64,000 bases of DNA from an uncultured Thermoplasmata archaeon (lineage in GTDB: Archaea > Thermoplasmatota > Thermoplasmata > RBG-16-68-12). A program made the position numbers and the translations under genes. The stretch lies in NCBI GenBank assembly GCA_963768855.1, contig CAVYJM010000006.1, forward strand, positions 416,001 to 480,000, given 5' to 3'. Shown one piece after another: positions 1-9,392 of the stretch (position 1 is the first letter of the stretch; each line of letters starts with the position of its first letter). The notes under the pieces are model-generated. The model saw nothing but the letters and a program-made list of their open reading frames with translations. It was not told the DNA's origin and ran no database searches.

Positions 1-237
1 GAGACGGTCAAGGCCGACAAGGTCGTGGACGCGAGGGGGACCTCGTGTCCCGGCCCGATCCTGGAACTGAAGAAGGGCATCACGACGGTTCCGGTGGACG
101 GGATCCTGGAACTCCTGTCCTCCGACGAAGGGACGAAGGCCGATGCCCCGGTCTGGTGCTCCAAGGTGGGGCACGAGTTCCTCGGCGTGATCATGGAATC
201 CGGGTACTACCGCATCCTCATCCGGAGGAAAAAGTGA
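1..237 (+). CDS. tusA: TusA/SirA-family sulfur carrier protein (5'-partial, begins before the window)
   Basis: Frame +1 is open from base 1: ETVKADKVVDARGTSCPGPILELKK...YYRILIRRKK; the DARGxxCPxP motif is diagnostic. Confidence 0.85.
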   Translation, partial: ETVKADKVVDARGTSCPGPILELKKGITTVPVDGILELLSSDEGTKADAPVWCSKVGHEFLGVIMESGYYRILIRRKK

Positions 238-268
238 GCCGAGCCCGACTCCCCAGCAGGCATCTGGT

Positions 269-724
269 ATGTTGGCGGCGCAGCGGCCGGTGGACGGCGG
301 CCCGAGCGGTCCTTTCCGGCCCAAGATCCTGATCCTATCGACGTCCCTCATCTCGGATCCTGGGATCGACTTCACGGGGCTCAACCATCTGCACTATCCT
401 GCCACCACGGCCGTCCTCCGCTTCCCCTGCTCCTCGATGATCCGCCCCGAGTTCATCCTCGAGGCGTTCGAGGAGGGCTTCGACGGGGTGTTCGTGGCCG
501 CGGACGGGACGGACTGCCCCTACCTTCCGGACTGCGTCAGCCGCACCGCGCAACGGGTGCAGGAGGCGTACGCGCTCCTGCAGGCGCACGGCATCGAGCG
601 CGAGCGCCTCACGATGTCCGGGATCTGCTCCGTCTGCGGCGAGGCGTTCGTCCGCGGCGTCAAGCACCTCGGCGAGGTCGTCCAGGAGCTCGGCCCCGCT
701 CCCCGGAGGCAGGAACATGGATGA
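269..724 (+). CDS. mvhD: MvhD/FlpD-like iron-sulfur subunit (hydrogenase delta-subunit family)
   Basis: PKIL...YP...RFPCSSMIRPEFILEAFEEGFDGVFV..DC...GIERERL pattern; directly upstream of hdrA. The usual N-terminal CxxC is absent. Confidence 0.75.
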   Translation: MLAAQRPVDGGPSGPFRPKILILSTSLISDPGIDFTGLNHLHYPATTAVLRFPCSSMIRPEFILEAFEEGFDGVFVAADGTDCPYLPDCVSRTAQRVQEAYALLQAHGIERERLTMSGICSVCGEAFVRGVKHLGEVVQELGPAPRRQEHG

Positions 725-2087
725 GCCCAAGGTCCTGCCGCCCGCGGAGGACCTTCCCCCGGAGACGCACGACGTCCTCGTCGTCGGCGGTGGGATCGCG
801 GGAATCGAGGCGTCCCTCGAGCTCGCGGACATGGGGTTCCACGTGCTCCTCGTGGAGAAGGAGCCGAGCATCGGCGGCAAGATGTTCCTCCTGAGCAAGG
901 TCTTCCCCACGCTGGACTGCGCGAGCTGCATCTCGACGCCGAAGATGGCCGCGGCCGCCCACCATCCCAACATCACCCTCCTGACCTACGCGGAGGTCCA
1001 AGGGGTCGCCAAGCGCGGCGAGGGGGACTTCGAGGCCACGATCGTCGAGACGCCCTGCTACGTCGACGCGTCCCTGTGCACGAGCTGCGGGCAGTGCGCG
1101 GACGCCTGCCCCGTCCTCGTACCGAAGGAGTTCGACTATGACCTGATCGGGCGGAAGGCCGCATACATCCCGTTCGACACGGCCGTTCCGAAGACCGCGG
1201 TGATCGACCTGGAGCACTGCATCCTCTGCGGCCAGTGCGAGCGGGCCTGCCCGGCCCATGCGATCAACTTCCTCCAGGTGCCGCGGGTGCATCACGTGCG
1301 GGCCTCGGGCGTCGTCCTGGCCACGGGCTTCCGGCTCTTCCCCGCGGAGCGGAAGAAGGAGTACCGCTTCGGGGAGAACCCCAACGTGGTCACCGCGATG
1401 CAGATGGAGCGGCTCCTCGGGCCGACGCGGCCGTACCACTCCGTCGTCCGTCCCTCGGACGGCAAGGAGCCCGGGAACATCGCGTACGTCCTGTGTACGG
1501 GCTCGAGGGACCATACGGTCGGCAACCCGCAGTGCTCCCGGGTATGCTGCATGTTCTCCATCAAGCAGGCCCAGCTGATCCTGGGCGCCCTGCCCATGGC
1601 GGACGTCACGATCTACTACATGGACATCCGCGCGTACGGCAAGGGCTTCGAGGAGTTCTACCAGCAGGCCCGAAGCATAGGCGTGAAGTTCGTCCGCGGG
1701 AAGGTCGCCAAAATCACGCCTGGAGAGAACGGTGACGTTACCCTCACCTACGAGTCCACGGACGCGGGCGGGGGCGTTCGCACTACGACCCACGACCTCG
1801 CGGTCCTCGCGGTCGGTCTCCTACCGAACCCCGAGGCGGGGCACATCCTGACGGGCGAGGAGCTGAAGCTCGGCGTGGGCGGCTGGGTCCAGTCCGCGGA
1901 CGAGAACCGCCACCCGACGCGCACGAGCGTCGGGGGTGTGTTCGTCGCGGGAACGGCCTCGGGCCCGAAGGACATCCCCGACTCGATCGTCGACGCCGCG
2001 GCCGCGGCCTCCGAATGCGCCGCCTATCTGATCCAGACGCGCCGGGAGAAGGCGCGCCCCGGGAGCGTGCTGACATGCCCCGCGTAG
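717..2087 (+). CDS. hdrA: HdrA-like flavoprotein lacking the N-terminal domain (FAD plus inserted 2x[4Fe-4S] ferredoxin)
   Basis: GGGIAG FAD motif, KVFPTLDCASC, CTSCGQCADACP and CILCGQCERACP, CSRVCCM, GVFVAG..SGPKDIPDSI. Confidence 0.9.
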   Translation: MDEPKVLPPAEDLPPETHDVLVVGGGIAGIEASLELADMGFHVLLVEKEPSIGGKMFLLSKVFPTLDCASCISTPKMAAAAHHPNITLLTYAEVQGVAKRGEGDFEATIVETPCYVDASLCTSCGQCADACPVLVPKEFDYDLIGRKAAYIPFDTAVPKTAVIDLEHCILCGQCERACPAHAINFLQVPRVHHVRASGVVLATGFRLFPAERKKEYRFGENPNVVTAMQMERLLGPTRPYHSVVRPSDGKEPGNIAYVLCTGSRDHTVGNPQCSRVCCMFSIKQAQLILGALPMADVTIYYMDIRAYGKGFEEFYQQARSIGVKFVRGKVAKITPGENGDVTLTYESTDAGGGVRTTTHDLAVLAVGLLPNPEAGHILTGEELKLGVGGWVQSADENRHPTRTSVGGVFVAGTASGPKDIPDSIVDAAAAASECAAYLIQTRREKARPGSVLTCPA

Positions 2088-3826
2088 GCGTCTACGTCTG
2101 CCACTGCGGCGGCAACATCTCCGACACCGTGGACGTCCAGAAGGTCGTCGACGCGGTGAAAGCGGAGCCCGACGTCGTCTGGGCGCGGGACGTGACCTTC
2201 GCGTGCGCGGACTCCTCGCAGAAGGAGATGATCGAGGACGTGAAGGCCCAGAAGCTCGACCGCATCGTCGTCGCCTCCTGTTCCCCGAAACTCCACGAGC
2301 TCACCTTCCGCGGCGTCGTCCAGCGGGCCGGCCTGAACCCCTATCAGTACTACCACGCGAACATCCGTGAGCAGGCCTCCTGGGCCCACTCGGACGACCA
2401 CGAGGGCGCCACGGCGAAGGCCATCCGCCACGTTCGCGCGGCCGTGGCCTACGCCCGTCTGGCGGAGCCCCTGGCCCGCACGAAGGCCGAGTTCGTCCCC
2501 AAGGTCCTCGTCATCGGAGGCGGGGTCGCAGGGCTGAAAGCCGCCATCGACCTCTCCTCCATGGGAGTCGGCGTCGTCCTGCTCGACAAGTCGCCTGCAC
2601 TCGGCGGGAGGACCGCGGACCTGCCGGAGGTCTACCCCTATGGGCGCTCCGGCGGAGAGGTGGTCCAAGGCCTCCTGGGCGAGCTCCGCCGGAACGACGG
2701 GGTCACGACGTTCACGAACGCGACCCTCGAACGGGTCACGGGCCACGTGGGCAACTTCGAGGCCACGTTCGTCGTGAACCCGGCCGACCCGGCCTCACAC
2801 GATGCGCGCCCCGCCCAGATCACGGTGACCGTCGGGGCCATCCTCGTCGCCACCGGCGCGGACACCTACGTCCCGAAGGCGGGCGAGTACGGCTACGGCC
2901 GACTCCCGAACGTCGTCACGCTTCCCGAGTTCCTCCGGCTCAAGGTACGGAGCGGACCGGGAGCCCTCATGATCCACGGGAAGCCGGTCCGGCGCCTCGC
3001 GTTCATCTACTGCGTGGGGAGCCGCCAGGTCCCGGCCGACGGCGGGCCGGTGAACGAGTACTGCTCCCGCTACTGCTGCAACGCGACGGTCTCCTCGACC
3101 CTCGCCCTGCTCCAGGACCATCCGGACCTCGCGGTCTACCACCTGTACCGGGACATGAGGACGTACGGCAAGAACGAGCTCATGTACGAGGACGCGAGCC
3201 GCAAGGGCGTCGTGTTCATCCGGTTCGACGGGGAGGAGCCCCCGAGCGTCGCCGAGGGGGGCGGGGGCCTCGTGGTCTCCGTGAAGGACCAACTCATCGA
3301 CGGCGAGCTCGTCGAGATCCCCGTGGACCTGGTCGTGCTCGTCACGAGCCTCGTGCCGCGAGCGAACAAGGACCTCGAGGGGATCCTCAAACTGCCCCTG
3401 GGCAAGGACGGCTTCTACCAGGAAGTCCACCCCAAGCTCCGTCCGGTCGAGACGAACATCTCCGGTCTCTACATCGGCGGCACGGCCCAGGGACCTAAGG
3501 ACCTCGGGGAGGCCGTCGAGTCCGGCTCCGCGATGGCGGCGAAGGCCGCGGCGTTCGCCCTCCGGGGCGGGCTGGAGCTCGAGCCCTTTGTTGCGACCGT
3601 GGACGCGGGCCGATGCACCGTCTCGCAGACGTGCGTTTCCGCCTGTCCCTACGGGGCCATCGAGGTCCGCGAGACGGATGGCGTGCGCCGCACCTCCGTC
3701 GACGCGACCCGGTGCAAGGGCTGCGGGGCCTGCGTCGCGGTCTGTCCGACGGAGGCCATCCAGCTCAAGGGATTCTTGAACGACCAGATCCGATCCATGA
3801 TCGCCGCTCTCGGGAGGGGAACATGA
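2075..3826 (+). CDS. hdrA: HdrA-like flavoprotein with N-terminal domain and C-terminal ferredoxin
   Basis: ATG 2075 gives MPRVGVYVCHCGGNI; VVASCSP, GGGVAG, YCSRYCC, HPKLRPVET, C-terminal CKGCGACVAVCP. Confidence 0.9.
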   Translation: MPRVGVYVCHCGGNISDTVDVQKVVDAVKAEPDVVWARDVTFACADSSQKEMIEDVKAQKLDRIVVASCSPKLHELTFRGVVQRAGLNPYQYYHANIREQASWAHSDDHEGATAKAIRHVRAAVAYARLAEPLARTKAEFVPKVLVIGGGVAGLKAAIDLSSMGVGVVLLDKSPALGGRTADLPEVYPYGRSGGEVVQGLLGELRRNDGVTTFTNATLERVTGHVGNFEATFVVNPADPASHDARPAQITVTVGAILVATGADTYVPKAGEYGYGRLPNVVTLPEFLRLKVRSGPGALMIHGKPVRRLAFIYCVGSRQVPADGGPVNEYCSRYCCNATVSSTLALLQDHPDLAVYHLYRDMRTYGKNELMYEDASRKGVVFIRFDGEEPPSVAEGGGGLVVSVKDQLIDGELVEIPVDLVVLVTSLVPRANKDLEGILKLPLGKDGFYQEVHPKLRPVETNISGLYIGGTAQGPKDLGEAVESGSAMAAKAAAFALRGGLELEPFVATVDAGRCTVSQTCVSACPYGAIEVRETDGVRRTSVDATRCKGCGACVAVCPTEAIQLKGFLNDQIRSMIAALGRGT

Positions 3827-4116
3827 GCGCGCCTGCCGGTAACACGATGAAGGTCTACCGGGACCGGACCGGCGCGAAGCCCTCCGAGGCGCTCCGGGAG
3901 CTGCGGAAGCGCCAAGCGGTGGAGACCGGTAAGATCCTGGGTGTGCTGAAGGCGGGTCCACGGACCATTCCCGAGATCGCGAAGGAGACGGGCCTTCCGT
4001 CCCGCCTCGTCGTCTGGTACGTCATGACGTTCTGCCGGGACAAGACCCTCGGCGTCGTGGAGAAGACCGGGGACGGGTTCTACCGGTACGCGCTCGCGCC
4101 GAAGGGAGGTCGGTGA
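3823..4116 (+). CDS. Small winged-helix protein embedded in the Hdr operon
   Basis: ATGA overlap with the hdrA stop, GGGAG SD; ILGVLKAGPRTIPEIAKETGLPSRLVVWYV HTH plus a wing ending YRYAL. Confidence 0.75.
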   Translation: MSAPAGNTMKVYRDRTGAKPSEALRELRKRQAVETGKILGVLKAGPRTIPEIAKETGLPSRLVVWYVMTFCRDKTLGVVEKTGDGFYRYALAPKGGR

Positions 4117-5264
4117 CGATGACGGCCACCGCCAATCCGGATCTCATGGCCACGATCCGCCGCTACGGGGCCTTCGACGTCTCGGCCTGTTTCAGCTGCG
4201 GCGTCTGCACCGCCAGCTGTCCGCTCTCAACGCCCTCCGCGAGCTTCCCGCGCAAGCTCATCCACTACGCCCAGCTCGGGCTGAAGGACAAGCTCGTCGG
4301 CCGACCGGATGTCTGGCTCTGCGAGTCCTGCGGCGAGTGCTCGGACACCTGCCCGCGGGACGCGAAACCCTCCGAGTTCATGATCGCCCTGCGGAAGTAC
4401 GAGATCTCGGAGCTCGGGGTCCCGGCGCTCTCCCGCCCGCTGCTGACCTCGCCCACCGTCGCCGGGTCGTTCCTGGTCGCGCTCTCCTTCGTCTTCCTCG
4501 GGATCCTGGCGTTCATCGAGCGCCCGCCGGACCTCACCTCCGTGGAGTTGTTCGGGTTCCTCCCGGAAGCGGGCGTCGAGATCATCGGCATCGCCGTCGG
4601 CGTGGTCGCCCTCGGGACAGCTTTCGTCGGGGTCCTGCGCCTGTGGCGCCGGATGGCCCGGGGCGCCCCACGTCCGAATCCGGGAACGGATACGGGGGCG
4701 GCTACGGACCCCGTTCCCTGGACGGGGACGATTGCTCCCACCTTGCGCGAGGTCCTCCTCCAGCGCCGGACGCAGAGCTGTGCCTCCGAGAAGGAACCGA
4801 CGACGTGGTGGACGAGCCGCTGGTTCGTCCACCTGGCGGTCTTCTGGGGATTCCTGGGTCTCCTCCTCGCGACGATCCTGCGGTTCGTCGCGGTGCCGAT
4901 TCACGGAGGTCTGGTCCCTCCCTGGGAGCCCGTGCGCCTCCTCGGGATCGTGAGCGGAGCGGCCCTCCTCTACGGCACCTCCCTCATGATCCTCCGCCGC
5001 ATCCGGAAGGCGGACCGGTACACGTCCCGGTCCACGTTCATGGACTGGGCGTTCGTCCTCCTGCTCTTCCTCGGCGGCCTCGGTGGCTTCCTCGTGGACA
5101 TAGCGCAGTACGCAGGCCTCCCGTTCTGGGCCTACGCCTTCATGCTGTTCCACCTGGTCGTCGTCTTCGATCTCCTGACCTTGATCCCGTTCACGAAGTT
5201 CGCCCATATCGTGTACCGGCCCCTGGCCCTCTGGTTGAGCCGAGTCTACGGATACACATCCTGA
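4113..5264 (+). CDS. QmoC-like membrane subunit: HdrC-type 2x[4Fe-4S] domain fused to a NarI-like heme-b membrane domain
   Basis: CFSCGVCTASCP and WLCESCGECSDTCPR; about 6-7 hydrophobic helices with His in FVHLAV, LFHLVV and KFAHIVYRP. Confidence 0.8.
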   Translation: MTMTATANPDLMATIRRYGAFDVSACFSCGVCTASCPLSTPSASFPRKLIHYAQLGLKDKLVGRPDVWLCESCGECSDTCPRDAKPSEFMIALRKYEISELGVPALSRPLLTSPTVAGSFLVALSFVFLGILAFIERPPDLTSVELFGFLPEAGVEIIGIAVGVVALGTAFVGVLRLWRRMARGAPRPNPGTDTGAATDPVPWTGTIAPTLREVLLQRRTQSCASEKEPTTWWTSRWFVHLAVFWGFLGLLLATILRFVAVPIHGGLVPPWEPVRLLGIVSGAALLYGTSLMILRRIRKADRYTSRSTFMDWAFVLLLFLGGLGGFLVDIAQYAGLPFWAYAFMLFHLVVVFDLLTLIPFTKFAHIVYRPLALWLSRVYGYTS

Positions 5265-5390
5265 TGTGCGAGGTAGGGACAGGCGGGGGACGGTGAGGAC
5301 CTTCAGTCGCGAATCGCCCGACAGGCTAGGGTCCAGAACTCGCGAGCCGCTGGGCCCTCCAACGGCTCACCGCCGACAGATCCCGGTTCG

Positions 5391-5396
5391 TTTTTT
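5391..5396 (+). terminator. Possible oligo-T terminator after the Hdr/Qmo-like operon
   Basis: T6 run ~125 bp after the 5264 stop, in otherwise GC-rich DNA between convergent genes. Confidence 0.3.
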
Positions 5397-5503
5397 GTCC
5401 CGGGAGCTGCTCCGCCTTCGCGTGCCGTGAATCCATCCATCTGCGGGGAAACCTCCCGGTCGTCTTGCCCACGGGAGCTGGATGCTCAACCGAAGATCGA
5501 CGT

Positions 5504-5812
5504 CTACGGAATCGGCGCCTGGGGCTGGCGCACCGGCATGCGGAAGCTGTCCGAGTCAAACTTCGTCATCGGCCGGACGTGGTCCAACGGGAAGGCTGGA
5601 ACCTCGGCGAAGACCTTCCGGACGGCCTCCTCGCTCTTGGCGTTCCACTCGCAGAAGATTCGGAGCGCCTTTCCCTCTTCGTTCGTCTCGGCCCATGCCC
5701 CTACCCAGTACGCGTCCAACGCCTCGTGCCGGAGCAACTCCTCGACGAGGGGCGTGATTTCCTCGGGAGTCGTCGGCTGCGGAAGCGTGTGGACGGCGAT
5801 GTATTTCGCCAG
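5504..5812 (-). CDS. DUF4242-like small protein, probable CTG start
   Basis: The frame extends above the ORF-track start: (M)AKYIAVHTLPQPTTPEEI...FCEWNAKSEEAVRKVF; GGGAG lies 4 nt before CTG at 5812. Confidence 0.6.
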   Translation of the reverse strand: MAKYIAVHTLPQPTTPEEITPLVEELLRHEALDAYWVGAWAETNEEGKALRIFCEWNAKSEEAVRKVFAEVPAFPLDHVRPMTKFDSDSFRMPVRQPQAPIP

Positions 5813-5938
5813 AACTCTCCCCCCTCGCCCCCCGCATCTCTCGCGGTTGGCATAATGATTCTCAGCGCTCGCTCATGAGCCCGCGACGACCGTTCCGCGC
5901 CCGTGGGCCGAATCGGGAACGAAATGGTGAGGGGCCGC

Positions 5939-6106
5939 TCAGTCCTCGATGGCGCGATAGGCCGACGCCCAGAACTCGCGGCACACGTCCGGTGGGCTCG
6001 GTGAGTTCCACATGCGCGAGGTCATCAGGATGGCGACCAGTCCCCCGTCCGGATCGTTGAACCAGGAGGTGCCCATGCCGCCCTCCCAGCCGCACCGGCC
6101 CGGTGT
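5939..6106 (-). pseudogene. 3'-terminal remnant of a serine hydrolase (beta-lactamase family) gene
   Basis: TPGRCGWEGGMGTSWFNDPDGGLVAILMTSRMWNSPSPPDVCREFWASAYRAIED* resembles the family C-terminus; upstream sequence is occupied by the cydB 3' end. Confidence 0.65.
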
Positions 6107-6174
6107 CGCGGCTCCTCGATGCCGGTCTTCCGCCGGAGGCTGCCCTCGCCGCGGCCAGGTCCGCCCCCCGTCCT

Positions 6175-7167
6175 TCAATACGTCTTCTCGGACCGGTACA
6201 GGTAGTTCAGGTAGAGCAGGGAGGGGACCACGATCGCCAGGCCGATCGCAAGAGTGACCGTCAGGACGTCCAGCATGGCGGGGCTCGCGAGTGCGTCGGT
6301 CGCGGTCACGTCTGGATAGATCAGGTAGGGATAGTGCGCCGCGGCGAAGGTCATCAGCGCCAGCGCGTCCACCCCCATGAGGATGAGGAAGGCGTAGGGC
6401 GCCTCCGTCCTCTTCCCGCGCCAGATGAGGAACCCACCCAAGGTGAACAGCAGACCCGTCCCGACCATGACGGGCGCGAGACCGACCATGTTGGTGTAGG
6501 CGTATCCCGCGTTGGACCGAAGCAGGGAGAGCTCCACGAGGCCGAGGGCCGCCACCGCCGCCACGGAGATGAGCACGGGCATGCGGTACAGTTCCGCGTC
6601 CTCCGGGTGCTCGTCGTAGAAGCGGCCGAGGGCGCCGCTCAGGAGAATCTGGCCGAAGAACGCGAGAAGGGCCGTCACGTACGTCACGGGACTGGATAGC
6701 GGCGAGAACACATCGAACGTGGGCACCCCGCCCGTGAGGACCACGGGGTTCGACACGATGAGCGTCAACACGACGGACAGCATCGGGAGGATGAGCAGGC
6801 CCGCGACGGCGTAGACGAGCCCGAAGAGGCGGTTCTCCCCCGCGAAGTAGTCGAACACGAGGAACGCGGCCCGGACGACGAACAGGACGACCACGAGCAT
6901 CACGGGGATCAGGAGGACCGTGCCGAGCACCGCGACGAGTCCCGGGAAGAAGGCCGCCGCCCCGACGACGATCATGATCAGGAAGACGTTCGTCACCTCC
7001 CAGCGCGGACCGATGTACGAACGTAGGGAGCGCCGCGCGTCCTCGCCGCGGGGTTGAGGCAGGGAGAGGAGGTGGTAGAACCCGCTTCCGAAATCGATCG
7101 AGGCGAGCAGGAAATACGCTAGGATGGCGGCCCACAGGACCATGTATGGGAAGAACGCGTCAGCCAT
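6175..7167 (-). CDS. cydB: Cytochrome bd ubiquinol oxidase subunit II
   Basis: SIDFGSGF, IGPRWEVTNVFL, YPYLIYP; polytopic; overlaps the cydA stop. Confidence 0.9.
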   Translation of the reverse strand: MADAFFPYMVLWAAILAYFLLASIDFGSGFYHLLSLPQPRGEDARRSLRSYIGPRWEVTNVFLIMIVVGAAAFFPGLVAVLGTVLLIPVMLVVVLFVVRAAFLVFDYFAGENRLFGLVYAVAGLLILPMLSVVLTLIVSNPVVLTGGVPTFDVFSPLSSPVTYVTALLAFFGQILLSGALGRFYDEHPEDAELYRMPVLISVAAVAALGLVELSLLRSNAGYAYTNMVGLAPVMVGTGLLFTLGGFLIWRGKRTEAPYAFLILMGVDALALMTFAAAHYPYLIYPDVTATDALASPAMLDVLTVTLAIGLAIVVPSLLYLNYLYRSEKTY

Positions 7168-8464
7168 GGGCCACCCCCGGGACGGTCGTCGGCTCGGGTG
7201 GGCGGGAGCCGTAGATTCGGCGCAGGACCACGACGGTCAGGGCGAGGAGCGCCGAATAGAAGATCACGAAGAAGTAGAACAGGGCGGGCACCGCATCCCC
7301 GGCCTTCGTGAAGCCTTGCTCTACGGTCATCACATGGTAGACGAGCCACGGCTGGCGGCCGACCTCCGTGACGATCCAACCGAGCATGAAGTTCGCGTAG
7401 GCGATCGGACCGGCGGCGACTAGCGCGTAGGTGGCCAATCGCTTGAGCCGCGCCGCTCCACGGATGCGGGACAGGAGAACCGTCCCGACGGAGACGATGA
7501 CCAGATAGATCCCGAACGTCACGAGGAGGTTGAACGCGGTGTGGACGATTCCGACATCCGGCCAGTCCGAGGCGGTGAAGGCGTTCAACCCCGTGACCGT
7601 CCCGCTGAACGAACCGGTGGTGAGGAAGCTCAAGAGCCCCGGGATCGGGATCGTGATGCCGAAGAAGACCTCGGGCGCGCCCGCCTGGGTGCGGTACAGG
7701 GCCTCCATGGCCGCGAACTTCTCCGGCTGGCTCGTCGCGACGAAGGTGGCGGAGAGGCTCCCGCTGATCGCCGCGAGGATTGCGACGACGGTGGCGACGT
7801 CGAGGGCGAGGTTGAACGCCCGCTTCGCGTAGTCGCTCGAATCCCCCTTGAGCCGTTTGTATGCGTAGATGCTCGCGAGCGCGAACGCCGTGCCAACGTA
7901 GCAGGCGATCAGGACGTGGCTCGTCTCGTAGGCCGTCGCAGGATTCAGCATGGCCGCGACCGGGTCGACCGCGACGATTTGTCCTCCGGACAGCGTGACG
8001 CCCGCGGGCGCGTTCATGAAGGCATTGACCGACGTGATCAGGAACCCGGACAGGGCGGAGCCGACGACGATCGGCAGGGAGGCGATCCAGTGCCGCCAGG
8101 GGTTCTTGAACCGGTCCCAGGAGTACATGTAGATCCCGAGGAAGATCGCCTCGACGAAGAACGCGAAGACCTCGATGAACATGGGGAGGATGATGATCTG
8201 GCTCGCGACCGCCATGAAGCTCGGCCACAGCAGGTAGAGCTCGACGGCCAGGGTCACGCCGGTGGCCGCCCCGACGGCGAACAGGAGGACGAACCCGCGG
8301 GACCAGGAGCGCGCCATCCGCAGATAGTCCTCATTGTGCTTCCGGAGCCCAAGGAACTCCGCCGCCGAGATGAACAGGGCGAGCCCGATGCCCACGATCA
8401 GGAAGAGCGAGTGGACGGTCAGGGTGAAGGCCATCAGGAGCCGCCCGTAGTCGAGGGGCGTCAT
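7160..8464 (-). CDS. cydA: Cytochrome bd ubiquinol oxidase subunit I (short Q-loop)
   Basis: TLTVHSLF, GAATG..LAVEL, FFVEAIFLG, QPEKFAAMEA, GWIVTEVGRQPW; start taken at ATG 8464 (MTPLDYGR). Confidence 0.93.
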   Translation of the reverse strand: MTPLDYGRLLMAFTLTVHSLFLIVGIGLALFISAAEFLGLRKHNEDYLRMARSWSRGFVLLFAVGAATGVTLAVELYLLWPSFMAVASQIIILPMFIEVFAFFVEAIFLGIYMYSWDRFKNPWRHWIASLPIVVGSALSGFLITSVNAFMNAPAGVTLSGGQIVAVDPVAAMLNPATAYETSHVLIACYVGTAFALASIYAYKRLKGDSSDYAKRAFNLALDVATVVAILAAISGSLSATFVATSQPEKFAAMEALYRTQAGAPEVFFGITIPIPGLLSFLTTGSFSGTVTGLNAFTASDWPDVGIVHTAFNLLVTFGIYLVIVSVGTVLLSRIRGAARLKRLATYALVAAGPIAYANFMLGWIVTEVGRQPWLVYHVMTVEQGFTKAGDAVPALFYFFVIFYSALLALTVVVLRRIYGSRPPEPTTVPGVAHG

Positions 8465-8711
8465 GGACCGGACGACCGACCTCATCCGTCATGCCGTTTG
8501 TTCAAAGACTGTATGTACGCGCGGCCGCTCTCGACGGGAAGCGACGAAAGCCGTAGGCGTTCCTGCGGGGAGGATGGGCACCCCCACGGACCCCGCCGCC
8601 AGCCCAGAGAATTTCGGACGTCCAAAACGGTGCGCCCAGGGTTTATCTACCCCTTTCACCGCCGTCCAAGAAAGGTCAACCCCGCCCCGCGCCTCGAACG
8701 CCCGGGATCCT

Positions 8712-9338
8712 ATGAAATCCACCGCCTTCGCGGTGTCGGTCTTGGCGATCTTGGTCGCCGTGGCCGGCGTCGCCGGATACATGGTCGTGGCCCATGGGAG
8801 CCTGCCCTTCGCCCCCGCGCCCTCGGGCGCGGGCGGCGTGGGCACGTTGAACGTGTACGTGATGGACACGCCTCCGGCCAACGCCACCATGGGGAACGGG
8901 ACCTCGGGGAACCAAGCCTCGGGGAACGTGTCCGTGGGGAACGTGACCTGGAGCCACATCTACGTCACGTTCACGGTGCTCCAAGCCCACGAAGCGAACG
9001 CAACGAACGAGAGCGGCTGGCACAACATCTCCGTGAGCCAAACGGTCGACCTGATGTCGCTCAAGACCGTGTCGGCCCTCCTGGGGTCGGCGAGCCTGCC
9101 CGCGGGGGAATACACCCAGCCGCGCATCGTCGTCGAGAAGGCCTGGGGCGTGACGTCGACCGGGAAGACGTACGACTTCACGGTCCCCTCGGGGGACCTG
9201 AGGACGGACGACCCGTTCAACGTCACGACGGGCCAGACGGCCAGCCTCACGCTGGACGTCAACCTGAGCCACTCGGTCGTGTGGACCGCCAACGGGTATC
9301 TCTTCACGCCCGTGATCGGTTCCATCCAGTCGAGCTGA
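8712..9338 (+). CDS. Secreted or membrane-anchored DUF4382-like protein
   Basis: N-terminal hydrophobic signal, GTLNVYVMD.P, VDLMSL, LPAGEYTQ.R; many N-x-S/T sequons. Confidence 0.7.
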   Translation: MKSTAFAVSVLAILVAVAGVAGYMVVAHGSLPFAPAPSGAGGVGTLNVYVMDTPPANATMGNGTSGNQASGNVSVGNVTWSHIYVTFTVLQAHEANATNESGWHNISVSQTVDLMSLKTVSALLGSASLPAGEYTQPRIVVEKAWGVTSTGKTYDFTVPSGDLRTDDPFNVTTGQTASLTLDVNLSHSVVWTANGYLFTPVIGSIQSS

Positions 9339-9392
9339 GCTCCCTCGCCCGCTCGTTCCGAGCGGGCCCTTTCCTCTTTTGCCGGCCCCGGT

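Noticed and set aside
1-5264. Methanogenesis inferred from hdrA/mvhD
   Set aside because: No hdrB, mcr or mtr in the window; HdrA-like modules are widespread in non-methanogens, and cytochrome bd is adjacent.
5265-5503. ncRNA in the spacer after the QmoC-like gene
   Set aside because: No recognisable RNA-family signature; only a T6 run consistent with a terminator.
5939-7135. 398-aa ORF as an intact gene
   Set aside because: Only the last 55 codons look like protein; the rest is an alternative frame of cydB.
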